In this document: positions 38,433 through 48,048 of the stretch, piece after piece
Layout of the letters: the number at the start of each line of letters is the position of its first letter
How positions within the stretch are numbered: position 1 is the first letter of the stretch
Assembly: GCA_947466585.1 (NCBI GenBank)
Contig: CANIEU010000005.1
Coordinates: forward strand, 64,412 to 128,411
Direction of reading: 5' to 3'
Length of the DNA stretch: 64,000 nt
Source: Fibrobacterota bacterium
GTDB taxonomy: Bacteria; Fibrobacterota; Fibrobacteria; UBA11236
Translations under genes and position numbers: made by a program
The notes under the pieces: generated by a model
The model's database searches: none
Told to the model about the DNA's origin: nothing
What the model saw: the letters and a program-made list of their open reading frames with translations, nothing else

Positions 38433-38713
38433 AGCCGGGCTGTGACCGTCGCTCTAGAGTGTCGCCTTCCGTCGCGAGGCTACCAGCCTCGGTGGCTCGC
38501 GCCATCGGCGCTCACGCTATCAGATCGGTGCAGGCAACATTCGACCCTCCTCAGGCTCCTACTAGAGCTTGGTCTCGCTCCGGCTGTGCTTTAGCATTGA
38601 GTTCTTTATGTATGAACCAAAAAAAGGCGGCCCCGCAAGGAGTGGCCTTTTTCTTTGTTCATGAAATTCTCAATGCCGGAGCGACACCCTAGAGCGGCGG
38701 TCGCAGCCCGGCT
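38433..38713. mobile_element. MITE-like or structured non-coding element with 33-bp terminal inverted repeats
   Basis: 38433-38465 vs the reverse complement of 38681-38713 match at 30/33; several internal hairpins; no credible ORF. Confidence 0.55.
38594..38676. terminator. Long imperfect hairpin with A/T tracts; possible bidirectional terminator
   Basis: GCATTGAG/CTCAATGC, ATGAAC/GTTCAT and AAAAAGGC/GCCTTTTT stems closing a GCAA loop; lies between convergent genes. Confidence 0.55.
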
Positions 38714-39354
38714 TATTTCTTTTTAAACGCGTGCGCCACCATCCCCATATAGGGATACTGCGATTCGGAGGCGATGGAGGTCACGGCACCCCCGTTTTCG
38801 ATTTGACGGATCTGGCCGGCGCCCTGCGGGTATTCGATGCCGGTGTAGGTGGCGTAAATGATATGCGTCGCGCCGATCCACATGCCGCGTTCAATGGCCG
38901 CATAGGCGAGGTTCCGTTTCCGTTCCTCAAGTCTGATGGCCGAGTTGGAGGTTTCGTAGAAGCAGAAATAGGGGAGGGGCGTGGCGCCGAGCGTGAAAAG
39001 GCTGCCGTACATCAGCGTCATGATGGGCGGGCAATAAAAGCGGCGCCAGGTTTCGTTGAAATCCACGAATCCGAGCCGCCAGTTGTCGAAGTTGCGCCGC
39101 ACGTAGATCTTGCCGAGGTATTCGTATTTGGATTTGTCGTAGCGCACCACGCCATCGGTACCCAAGGTGAAATCGTCGGGTGCGTTTTCAACGAAGAGGT
39201 GCGGGGTGACGTCGGTCGGCGTGACTTCGCTGTGTTTGTAGAAATCGCCGGCGCGGTCTGCGCGAGCTTCGAACACGGTGCTTGCACATCCCCCTAAGAT
39301 CGAGGCGCCGAGCAGGCTTCCAACGATGGTACCAAGTACAACGAGTCGCTTCAT
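38713..39354 (-). CDS. Hypothetical lipoprotein
   Basis: MKR + hydrophobic stretch + LGGC lipobox; GGAG SD. Confidence 0.75.
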   Translation of the reverse strand: MKRLVVLGTIVGSLLGASILGGCASTVFEARADRAGDFYKHSEVTPTDVTPHLFVENAPDDFTLGTDGVVRYDKSKYEYLGKIYVRRNFDNWRLGFVDFNETWRRFYCPPIMTLMYGSLFTLGATPLPYFCFYETSNSAIRLEERKRNLAYAAIERGMWIGATHIIYATYTGIEYPQGAGQIRQIENGGAVTSIASESQYPYMGMVAHAFKKK

Positions 39355-39604
39355 GCTGAGGTCTCCGGGTCCGTGTGAATTTCGGTGGAACTAGGTGAAT
39401 CCGGTCGAATTTCAGGTGCGGGTTTTGGGGCATATAATAGCTTCACGGGCGAATTCCCCAAAAAGGGGGGGCGAAGTGTATCCCCTCGATCCGGCTGTTT
39501 CCGTATCCCGGGGGCTCACGGGGTGTTACCTTCGACCTTCTACCGCTGCGTAGCCTTTCCGGCAACCCAGCAATCTCAGAAATCCTAGGAATCCCAGAAA
39601 TCTT

Positions 39605-40015
39605 ATGGCCCGTTCATCTTCAAGCAGCGACGAACCCACCTACGAGGGGCTCCGCAAGGAGTGTACGGCGGCGAGCGAGTACACCACCAAGCTGGATCTG
39701 ACGTTCGGGACGGTGGGGTGTCGCTTCAATCTGCGCCGCAAGTCGGCGCGCATCGACATCAACCTCGAACCGACCCTCTACAACATCATCCCCGATCGTT
39801 GGCGCGAAATCGCGAAGCAGCACGATGAATACGTGAAGGTGAGCTTCGCCCGGGTGGACTGGAAAGACATGACCGCCCAGATCCGCACCGACGGCCTCTG
39901 CATCGATGTGCTCCGCGAAGACGTGGAGGAGTGGTTTCAGATGCTTTACGCGCGGCTGAACGCGCAAGAGGGCATGACCGGCATCAGCCCGAATCAGCGC
40001 AAACGCGGGTGGTAG
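39605..40015 (+). CDS. Hypothetical protein
   Basis: 136-aa ORF with host-like GC3-rich codons, directly upstream of the yaiI-like gene. Confidence 0.75.
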   Translation: MARSSSSSDEPTYEGLRKECTAASEYTTKLDLTFGTVGCRFNLRRKSARIDINLEPTLYNIIPDRWREIAKQHDEYVKVSFARVDWKDMTAQIRTDGLCIDVLREDVEEWFQMLYARLNAQEGMTGISPNQRKRGW

Positions 40016-40019
40016 TCCG

Positions 40020-40496
40020 GTGATGACAATTTACGTGGATGCGGATGCGTGTCCGGTAAAGGATGAGGTGTATCGCGTTGCCGCGCGCCATGCAGTGGCG
40101 GTGATCGTGGTGGCCAACTCGCTGATGCGCATGCCGGTGGGAGCAGAGGCCGCACTGGTGCGCCTCGAAGTGGTCGGCAATGCCTTTGATGAGGCGGACG
40201 ATTGGATCGCCGAACGCGCCAAGGCGGGCGATATTGTGATCACCTCCGACATTCTACTGGCGGGGCGCTGCATCAACGTGGGCAGCGGCACCGGTGCCTT
40301 TGTGCTCAGCCCGACCGGGAAGCCCTTTACGGAAGACAACATCGGCACGGCGACGGTGACGCGCGAACTCATGGCGGACATGCGCGCCATGGGCGAAATC
40401 CGCGGCGGTCCATCACCGTTTCAGAAAAAGGATCGTGGGATTTTTCTGCAGGAGTTGGAGAAGGCTGTAGTGAAGGGGAAAAGGGTGAAAGGGTAA
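40020..40496 (+). CDS. YaiI/YqxD family protein
   Basis: IYVDADACPVK, DEADDWI, DIVITSDI.LA. Confidence 0.92.
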   Translation: MMTIYVDADACPVKDEVYRVAARHAVAVIVVANSLMRMPVGAEAALVRLEVVGNAFDEADDWIAERAKAGDIVITSDILLAGRCINVGSGTGAFVLSPTGKPFTEDNIGTATVTRELMADMRAMGEIRGGPSPFQKKDRGIFLQELEKAVVKGKRVKG

Positions 40497-40523
40497 GGCC
40501 CGATGTTTGGCCCATAGTGCTTC

Positions 40524-41549
40524 TTAAAGCAACCCCACCTGCTCCGTCCCAGCAGCCGGTGGCATCAGCCCCAAATGCCGATACGCATTCGCCGTCGCAA
40601 CGCGCCCGCGCGGCGTTCGCTTCAGAAACCCGATCTGCAGCAGGTAGGGTTCGTAAACCTCCTCCACCGTCTGCTCTTCCTCACCAATCGACGCCCCGAG
40701 CGTAGACAAACCCACCGGTCCGCCTTCGAACTTGGTGATGATGGTCCGCAGAATCACACGGTCCATCTCGTCGAGGCCTAGCGCATCGATCCCCAACATT
40801 TGCAGCGTCCGCTCGGCCGTGGCCGCATCGATGACGCGGATGCCCTTGACCTGCGCCACGTCGCGGCAGCGGCGCAGCACGCGGTTGCCGATGCGCGGCG
40901 TGCCGCGGCAGCGTGCGGCCAGGAGGTCGCGTCCCTCGGAGGAGAGTTCCATTCCCAGAATCTTCGCCGAGCGTGTCAGGATGCGCTTCATCTCGGCTTC
41001 GGTATACATCTCCAAACGGAAGCTCAGGCCGAAGCGGTCGCGCAGGGGAGAGGTGAGCATGCCCGTGCGGGTTGTCGCCCCAATAAGAGTGAAGCGCTTG
41101 AGCGGCAGATTGATGCTCTTCGCCGACGGCCCGGGTTCGAGCAAAATGTCGATCTTGAAATCTTCCATGGCCGGGTAGAGGAATTCCTCGATGACCCGGT
41201 TGAGGCGGTGGATTTCGTCGATGAAGAGTACGTCGTGCGAGTCGAGGTTGGTGAGCAGACCCGCGAGTTCCGAGGGCTTCGACAGCGCCGGGCCGGAGGT
41301 GATCTTGAGGTTCGCGCCCATTTCTTTGGCCACGATGTGGGCCAGGGTCGTTTTGCCGAGGCCTGGCGGTCCGGCGAGTAGAATGTGATCGATGGGTTCG
41401 TTGCGCTGCTTGGCGGCTTGCAGAAAGATCGAGAGGCTTTCCTTCAGCTTTTCCTGACCGGTAAAGTCGGAAAGCGTGGAAGGACGCAGGCTGATATCGC
41501 CCTCGGGGTCGTCGCCCAATTGCTGGGGAGCGATGATGCGTTCAGCCAT
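40524..41549 (-). CDS. ruvB: Holliday junction branch migration helicase RuvB
   Basis: [36 protein letters not shown]. Confidence 0.97.
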   Translation of the reverse strand: MAERIIAPQQLGDDPEGDISLRPSTLSDFTGQEKLKESLSIFLQAAKQRNEPIDHILLAGPPGLGKTTLAHIVAKEMGANLKITSGPALSKPSELAGLLTNLDSHDVLFIDEIHRLNRVIEEFLYPAMEDFKIDILLEPGPSAKSINLPLKRFTLIGATTRTGMLTSPLRDRFGLSFRLEMYTEAEMKRILTRSAKILGMELSSEGRDLLAARCRGTPRIGNRVLRRCRDVAQVKGIRVIDAATAERTLQMLGIDALGLDEMDRVILRTIITKFEGGPVGLSTLGASIGEEEQTVEEVYEPYLLQIGFLKRTPRGRVATANAYRHLGLMPPAAGTEQVGLL

Positions 41550-41625
41550 GGTACAAAGATAGATCGGGGCGTTGATCCGTGGATACTGCACAAGATCCCC
41601 TACCAAGATAGGGAAGGGCCCGTTC

Positions 41626-42228
41626 TTAGGCTTCTTGGAGGGCCTGGGCGATCAGCGCGCCGGCAGCCGCCTCCGCGCCCAGCTTGGCCGAGGCCTTGCG
41701 GACGGCTTCCTGCGCCGCAGTATCCTTGACTCCAAGCGAGATCAGCGCCATCACCGCATCGCGGAAGGTCGTGCCTTCGGCGGAGGATTCGGCACTCGCG
41801 CCTTCCTCGTGCGGCAGGTCGAGTTTGGAAAGGCCCGAGCGCAGCGAGGCAATGAGCACCTCGGCGGTTTTTTTGCCCACGCCCTTGAGCGCGGTGAGGC
41901 CTTGCACGTCGCCGTGCAGAATCATATCGGCCAGCTTTTGCGGGCTCACGGCGGAGAGAATGCGTAGCGCCAGTTTGGGACCTACGCCTGATACACCGAG
42001 CAGTTTGAGAAAGAGCGCGCGTTCGGCGGCATCGGAAAACCCGTACAGGTCGAGGGCCTCTTCGCGCACATGCAGGTAGGTAAGGATCTCGACCTGATCG
42101 CCGGGGTTGCCCGCGCGCTCGGCGGTCCGCAGGGACACATCGAGGCCAAAGCCCACGCCGCCGCCCACTTCGATCACGAGGCGCGTGGCGTGCTTTGCGG
42201 CGAGACGACCGCGCAGAAACTCGATCAC
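41626..42228 (-). CDS. ruvA: Holliday junction branch migration protein RuvA
   Basis: [33 protein letters not shown]. Confidence 0.95.
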   Translation of the reverse strand: MIEFLRGRLAAKHATRLVIEVGGGVGFGLDVSLRTAERAGNPGDQVEILTYLHVREEALDLYGFSDAAERALFLKLLGVSGVGPKLALRILSAVSPQKLADMILHGDVQGLTALKGVGKKTAEVLIASLRSGLSKLDLPHEEGASAESSAEGTTFRDAVMALISLGVKDTAAQEAVRKASAKLGAEAAAGALIAQALQEA

Positions 42229-42274
42229 GGAATCACCCGCAGGGCGTTAATCGATCTGATTTTCGGGCAAGGTT

Positions 42275-42763
42275 TCATAAGGTTTTCTTTGCGGACTTTG
42301 CATGTAAAAGATGGCAAAATGCGACCGCGAGAGCGTCGGCCGCGTCGGCGGGTTTGGGCAGATCGCGGAGCTTGAGGTGGGATTGCATCAGGGCGGCCAC
42401 TTGCTCCTTGGAAGCGCCGCCATGGCCGACCGCGGCCTTTTTAACGAGACGTGGGGCATATTCTTCCACGGCGACACCGCGCGATTGGGCGGCCACCATG
42501 ATGGCGCCGCGCGCATGGCCGAGAATAAGGGCCGACTGCGGGAACTTGGCGAGGAAGATGGATTCGAGCGCCAGCACCTTGGGGCTGTACGTGTCGATGA
42601 GCACACCCAGTTCGCGATGGATTTTTTCAAGACGGCGGGGGAGAGGATCGGAGGCTCGACTGCGGACGACGCCGTATTCGAGTACGGTGATTTTGCCCGC
42701 GCGCTCTTCGAGGAAGGCGTAGCCGGTGACCGCGGTGCCCGGGTCCACTCCGAGCACGATCAT
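42275..42763 (-). CDS. ruvC: Crossover junction endodeoxyribonuclease RuvC
   Basis: LGVDPG, ESIF, LGHARG, ASKEQV, DAADALAVA. Confidence 0.96.
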   Translation of the reverse strand: MIVLGVDPGTAVTGYAFLEERAGKITVLEYGVVRSRASDPLPRRLEKIHRELGVLIDTYSPKVLALESIFLAKFPQSALILGHARGAIMVAAQSRGVAVEEYAPRLVKKAAVGHGGASKEQVAALMQSHLKLRDLPKPADAADALAVAFCHLLHAKSAKKTL

Positions 42764-42806
42764 TGGGGTCCTGACCCCTGTGCGATCACCGCAGCCTCCC
42801 GGTCAA

Positions 42807-43550
42807 TCAGAGATTTTCGATCTCGTCGGGATCGAACTCGGCGTTGGTGTGCACGTTCTGCACGTCGTCGAGATCGTCGAGAATTTCGAGCAGCGCCATG
42901 GCGCGCGCGGCGTCGGCACCGGTGACCTTGATCATGTTGTCAGCGACCTTGACCAGTTCGGAACTGGAGGGCTCCAGACCCTTCTTGGTCAAGGCGTCCA
43001 CCAGCGAATGGAAGTGCTCGGGCTCGACGCGGATTTCATATTCGTCACCGGAGGCGTCGAAATCTTCGGCCCCGTTTTCGGTGGCGAATTCGAACAACGC
43101 ATCTTCGCCGATCTTGTCCTTGGGCACGGTGATGATACCCCGGCTCTTGAACATCCAACCCACGGAGCCTTCTTCGCCCATGTTGCCACCGTGCTTACTG
43201 AAGGCGTGGCGCACTTCGGCGACCGTGCGGACGCGGTTGTCGGTGACGGTGTCGACGAGAATGGCAGTGCCACCCGGGCCGTAACCCTCGTAGGTGATTT
43301 CGAGATAGTTGACGCCCTCGAGTTCGCCGGCACCCTTGGCGATGTTGGTCTCGATGTTCTTCTGCGGCATGTTGGCCGCCTTGGCCTTGATCACCGCCGC
43401 GCGCAGACGGGGGTTGCCGTCGGGGTCGGAACCGCCCGCGCGGGCGGCTACCGTGAGCTCACGGATGATGCGGTTGAAGACCTTGGCGCGGGCCTGGTCG
43501 ATGCGCGCCTTTTTGCGTTTGGTGGTTGCCCATTTTGAGTGGCCGGACAT
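42807..43550 (-). CDS. yebC: YebC/PmpR family protein
   Basis: MSGHSKWATTKRKK, NPRLR, YEGYGPGG, DDVQNV. Confidence 0.96.
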   Translation of the reverse strand: MSGHSKWATTKRKKARIDQARAKVFNRIIRELTVAARAGGSDPDGNPRLRAAVIKAKAANMPQKNIETNIAKGAGELEGVNYLEITYEGYGPGGTAILVDTVTDNRVRTVAEVRHAFSKHGGNMGEEGSVGWMFKSRGIITVPKDKIGEDALFEFATENGAEDFDASGDEYEIRVEPEHFHSLVDALTKKGLEPSSSELVKVADNMIKVTGADAARAMALLEILDDLDDVQNVHTNAEFDPDEIENL

Positions 43551-43632
43551 GGAAAAACCTCGAAGGAGTGAGGGAGAATAATAGCTAAGCGGGACGGTCG
43601 GAGCGGTTACCGGTTCTCTGCCGTAGGATGCA

Positions 43633-45354
43633 TCAATACCGCAGGGTGATTTCGCCGAAGAAGGTCGGGGTGCTGAGCGAAACGCTGGGATTCCCTTGAT
43701 AATTCTCCACCCATAATCCGCCGGTACCGAGCTTGAAGAGGGTGTAGCGCTGCCATTGCCACGAGGCGGCGAAGTCGAGGGTTTGCCGGGTTTCCACGTC
43801 CTGTTCGAGGAACGCTTTTTCGTCTTCGGAGGGACTGCTCGGGGCATCATCGAAAATCGAACTGCCGGCCGAACGAAAATCGCGTTGTCGGATGTTGTAG
43901 GCGAGCGAGCCTTCTGCAGAGGCCGGTAGCGGGAAAACCGCCTCGAGCCAGACGGCCTGCGAGTTGGGAGGAAGGGCCGAGCCCAGCAAGGCACCATAGT
44001 GCTGCATGGCGGTGTTGTAGCGCCGATGGCCATACACCCACGGATCGACATGCGCATATTCCGCATGGAGTTCAGCCGGAAGACCGAAAGGGTCTTGCCA
44101 CGAACCTCCGAACATCCAGGCGAATTTATTGCCCCAGTAACTCAGCGGCGGACCGCTGTAATCGTCCATCAGAAATTCGCCGTACACCCGCCCGTGTCCG
44201 TGAAGCGTGTATTCGGCATCAAAGGACATTATTGAGTTGTCGCGATCGCCGTCGTCGTGTTCGGAGATTTTAAGGGGAATACCCGGGAGCAACAGGATCG
44301 GGGTCATGTCGCGAGTGCCGATTGCGAGCATCTCCGTGGATCCCAAGGTTACGGGGCCGAGGCGAATCTGCAGACGATGGGCGACTAACGTTGCCGAGGA
44401 ATCGGAATCGAGTCCCTTGCGCTTCGCAATGACTTTCACGTATTCCCAATCCTTGCCGTGAACGACCAGACGGATCTGTTGCATGGGAGCGGATTCGCCG
44501 GGAAAGCGATATCCGTGGCGGGGTTCGCGGCGATCGCTGGGGAGGATGCCTTGGTAACCGGTTACGGAATTCGGATTGCCGTAATCGCTGCTCGAACGCA
44601 ACGAATCCCCGACCCAGAAGAAGGGATGCGAACCGAGGGTGGGATGTTGCCAATGACCCGGTCCCCATTGGTTCCAGTCTTGCCCGGCCTCGATGTGAAA
44701 GAGGGAGTGCTGATAACCCATGATCGCCCGATACCCGTCGAAGGTTGTGGCATCGTGCATGCGCCCACCCTCGGTCCGTGCGGAGTTGTGGGGCATTCCA
44801 TTTTGCGGATCGTAATCGGCTGCGTATTCGCGGTGGATGCTGCGTTCCATGGCGAGTGTGGGAGCCAGCGAGAAGTATCCGTGATCGAGAAACAGGGCTT
44901 CCACATGGGGGGTCAGGCTGCCGAGGGCCCAAAGGTGGTATCGGGGGATGGAATCCGCGGAGTAGATCCCCGTGAAATATTCCACATCGGCGATCAGTTT
45001 GAGTTGGGGCGTTTCGCGGTGGAGACGCGTGCCGCGCAGCCGCCGTTCGGGTTCGAATTCGTTTAGGTATCGCTCGAGCTTGCGGCGATCCCAAGAGGAG
45101 AGTTCTATGCCGGAGGAACGGGTCGCGCCTTGAGTTTGCGCGTTGGCCCGTGCCAAAGCCTGCACCAGCGCGGCCGCCACCTCGGACTGATCGCGCGGCA
45201 AGGTGCTCCAAAACCCCGGAGAGATCAGGCCCTTCTCTTCGAGTCGACGCAGAAATGGGACCACCGGGTGTGAAACTTCGACCGGCACCACGGAGGCGTA
45301 TCCGGTTGCCCACCCCAAGGCGAGCACGAAAATCAGACGGTGGAAGCGGCGCAT
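43633..45354 (-). CDS. Outer-membrane protein, Wzi (capsule assembly)-like, paralogue 1
   Basis: Signal peptide; GQDWNQWGPG, AHRL, D.DNS, YGEFLMDD, LG..LPPNS; C-terminal aromatic residue (EITLRY). Confidence 0.65.
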   Translation of the reverse strand: MRRFHRLIFVLALGWATGYASVVPVEVSHPVVPFLRRLEEKGLISPGFWSTLPRDQSEVAAALVQALARANAQTQGATRSSGIELSSWDRRKLERYLNEFEPERRLRGTRLHRETPQLKLIADVEYFTGIYSADSIPRYHLWALGSLTPHVEALFLDHGYFSLAPTLAMERSIHREYAADYDPQNGMPHNSARTEGGRMHDATTFDGYRAIMGYQHSLFHIEAGQDWNQWGPGHWQHPTLGSHPFFWVGDSLRSSSDYGNPNSVTGYQGILPSDRREPRHGYRFPGESAPMQQIRLVVHGKDWEYVKVIAKRKGLDSDSSATLVAHRLQIRLGPVTLGSTEMLAIGTRDMTPILLLPGIPLKISEHDDGDRDNSIMSFDAEYTLHGHGRVYGEFLMDDYSGPPLSYWGNKFAWMFGGSWQDPFGLPAELHAEYAHVDPWVYGHRRYNTAMQHYGALLGSALPPNSQAVWLEAVFPLPASAEGSLAYNIRQRDFRSAGSSIFDDAPSSPSEDEKAFLEQDVETRQTLDFAASWQWQRYTLFKLGTGGLWVENYQGNPSVSLSTPTFFGEITLRY

Positions 45355-45386
45355 TGGAACCCGTGTCGAAACTTAGTAGCGCTGCG

Positions 45387-47069
45387 TTAGTAGTGAAGGG
45401 TTACTTCGGTGAACCCCGTCGGGGTCGCCAGCGGCACGCCCGGGTTGCCGCGGAAGTTTTCCACCCACAATCCCCCCGCTCCCACGCGCAGTTGGGCATA
45501 GCGTTTCCAGTTCCACGACGCGGCGACCTCCACCGCATTGCGGGTTTCCACATCGCGCTCGAGAAAGGCCTTGGTCGTGGACTCGGGTGGCGGGCCGATG
45601 TCGTACACGTTGAAGATCGAACTGCCACGAGACTTGAGGTCGCGCTGGCGAAAGCGCCATTCCACGGATGCGTCGATATTGCGGGGAAGTGGGAACTCAG
45701 CCGAGGCCGAAAGCGCGCGAGAGTTGGGCGGCAGCGAGCTGCCCAGCAAGGCACCGTAATGCTGCATCGCGGTATTGCGCAGGTGGTGACCGTAAGTCCA
45801 CGGATCGACGCTCGCGTATTCTACGTGCAACTCGGCGGGCAGGTCGAAGGGATCCTGCCAAGCGCCGCCGACCACAATCGCAAATTTGTTGCCGCGGAAA
45901 TCGAATGGGGGGCCGCTGTAATCGTCTACCAACAATTCACCGTAGGCGCGTCCGTGGCCGGTCCAGGTCCACTCGACATCGGCGGAGATTGCGGAGTTGT
46001 CTTTGTCGCCGCCCGAGTGCTCGGCGAACTTCAAGGGAATGCCGGGAACCATCAGCAGCATGTCGGGGCCCTTGGTGCCGATGGTTAAAAGTTCCGAAGC
46101 ACCAAACTTCCAGTCACCGAGACGCAGTTGCACGCGATGGGCCACGAGATATACGGCAGAGTCGGCGGAAAGGCCCGTGCGCTGGGCCACGATCTTCACA
46201 TATTCCCAGCGATCGCCGCCGATGCGCAATCGGATCTGCGGCAGCGGTGCGTTTTCACCGGGATAGCGGTACCCCCGCCGGGCTTTCCAGAAGGTGTTTT
46301 CGGTACCCTCGAATCCCGAAAGGCTGTCGGCTGCGAGGGAATCCATCGCCCAAAAATGCGGGCGGGCACTGAGTGTGGCGTGTTGCCAGTGGCCCGGTCC
46401 CCATTGATTCCAGTCCTGGCCGGCATCTAGCGACAGACGCCCGTCGGTGAACCCGATCAGCGTGCGGAATCCGTCGAAGGTGGATACCGGCTGCGGAATG
46501 CCGGGCACCGGCTTTCCATCCCGACCCGTGCCATACGGCATGCCGCGTTGCGGGTTGTAATTCTCGATGAAGCGACCGTGGGTGTTGCGCTCGCTGCCGA
46601 TTGTCGCCTGGGCCGAAAAATAAACGTGCTCGCGATAGGTCCCTTGCACGCCGGGCGTCAAACTTCCGAACGCAAATGCCTGTGCATGCGGAACCGAATC
46701 TTGCGCATACACGCCGGTGAAATATTCCACCGTGCCGCGCAACTTGAACAGACTGTCGGAGAAGTGCAGGCGCGTGCTGCGCCACCGACGTTCCGGATCG
46801 AACTCTTCGAGGTAGCGTTCCACGCGCCGTTTGTCCCAAGGTGAGAGGTCGGCACCGTTGCCGTGCGCGGAGTCGATGGCGGATGCCAGTGCGGCGGCGA
46901 CTTCGCTTTCGGCGCGGGGGAGGGTGCTCCAAAATCCCGGATGGATGGCGCCCTTCTCTTCAAGCCGCCGCAGCAGGTTCGCGACGGGGTGGGTGACCTC
47001 GACCGGCATGGCCGGTGTGAGGGTCGGGACACTCAAAAGCAGGGCTGTGAATAGCGGAATCAGGCGCAT
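45387..47069 (-). CDS. Outer-membrane protein, Wzi-like, paralogue 2
   Basis: Collinear with the adjacent gene; identical GQDWNQWGPGHWQH and TAMQHYGALLGS blocks; ends EVTLHY. Confidence 0.65.
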   Translation of the reverse strand: MRLIPLFTALLLSVPTLTPAMPVEVTHPVANLLRRLEEKGAIHPGFWSTLPRAESEVAAALASAIDSAHGNGADLSPWDKRRVERYLEEFDPERRWRSTRLHFSDSLFKLRGTVEYFTGVYAQDSVPHAQAFAFGSLTPGVQGTYREHVYFSAQATIGSERNTHGRFIENYNPQRGMPYGTGRDGKPVPGIPQPVSTFDGFRTLIGFTDGRLSLDAGQDWNQWGPGHWQHATLSARPHFWAMDSLAADSLSGFEGTENTFWKARRGYRYPGENAPLPQIRLRIGGDRWEYVKIVAQRTGLSADSAVYLVAHRVQLRLGDWKFGASELLTIGTKGPDMLLMVPGIPLKFAEHSGGDKDNSAISADVEWTWTGHGRAYGELLVDDYSGPPFDFRGNKFAIVVGGAWQDPFDLPAELHVEYASVDPWTYGHHLRNTAMQHYGALLGSSLPPNSRALSASAEFPLPRNIDASVEWRFRQRDLKSRGSSIFNVYDIGPPPESTTKAFLERDVETRNAVEVAASWNWKRYAQLRVGAGGLWVENFRGNPGVPLATPTGFTEVTLHY

Positions 47070-47131
47070 GGAGGCGAATAGTAACCAACCCTGTGGCGCC
47101 GTGCCTTCTCTCGGGAGGCTATCTTTAACCC

Positions 47132-47686
47132 ATGATCCTCGCAATAACCTCGCTCGGAAAAGAGCCCAGCTCCCTCCAATTATCAGGGAATCCTTCTGAT
47201 TTCGTCGAATTCGCCGATTCGGGTATTTCCACCCCTATCCGGCTGAATCTGGATGTGACCCCTCTTTCCGGTGATTCGCATCTGGTGCAAGGCCGGGCCG
47301 TGGGAGCTTTGGCTGCCGAATGTGGTCGCTGCGTCGAGCCGATCACCCTCCCTTTCTCTGTGCATTTCAACCTCTTACTCGATCGCCAAGACCCGGTCGG
47401 GGTGGAGTGGGTCGATGACGACCATCAGGGCGTAGAGGACTATCAGGCCCATCTGGGGCCCGATGTGACGGAAATTCCTCTGCAATCCATCATTGCGGAA
47501 CAGCTCGTTTTGAACTATAATTTGCACCCTCTTCCGGATCTTGACGCGGCAGGCCGCTGCGTGCAATGCGGTCGGACTCCCATTGCGGTGGCCGAACCCA
47601 AGAAAAAGGATGAGGGAGTGGACCCCCGCTGGGCGAAACTCGAAGGTTTAAAGGGTTCTAGTGGTTTAGAAGGTTCGAAAGAGTAA
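47132..47686 (+). CDS. yceD: YceD/DUF177 family protein
   Basis: ECGRCVEP, C-x2-C, DPRWAKL; canonical position before rpmF. Confidence 0.85.
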   Translation: MILAITSLGKEPSSLQLSGNPSDFVEFADSGISTPIRLNLDVTPLSGDSHLVQGRAVGALAAECGRCVEPITLPFSVHFNLLLDRQDPVGVEWVDDDHQGVEDYQAHLGPDVTEIPLQSIIAEQLVLNYNLHPLPDLDAAGRCVQCGRTPIAVAEPKKKDEGVDPRWAKLEGLKGSSGLEGSKE

Positions 47687-47853
47687 GGGTCGATGGCCCT
47701 GCCGACGGTTCTCTGAAACCGGTACGGTGGCCAGCAGTCCTTCGCTCTTCGAATATCAAACTGACAAAGCTGAAATTGGATTGCGGTAAAGCACCATTTT
47801 CAATGAGCTTACAAAGAGTATCTGATTGTTCTGAGGATTTTAAGGGAGTTATC

Positions 47854-48033
47854 ATGGCAGTACCCAAACGGAAAACTTCGACGGCTCGCCGCGACAAGCG
47901 CCGGACCCACTGGAAGCTGGAGGCCGCTGCGGTTTCCAAGTGCACCCACTGCGGCCAAAACAAAATCGCACACCGCGTTTGCGGCAACTGCGGTTTTTAC
48001 GGTAACGCCGAGGTCCGCCAGCCGGCGGAGTAA
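47854..48033 (+). CDS. rpmF: 50S ribosomal protein L32
   Basis: MAVPKRKTS.ARRDKRRTH, zinc-ribbon CxxC..HRVCxxCG. Confidence 0.97.
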   Translation: MAVPKRKTSTARRDKRRTHWKLEAAAVSKCTHCGQNKIAHRVCGNCGFYGNAEVRQPAE

Positions 48034-48048
48034 CCCAACCCGCGATTG

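Noticed and set aside
38536..38566. tRNA-like 3' fragment (TTCGACCC...GGCTCC)
   Set aside because: No T-stem pairing, cloverleaf or CCA; too weak to call a tRNA or att site
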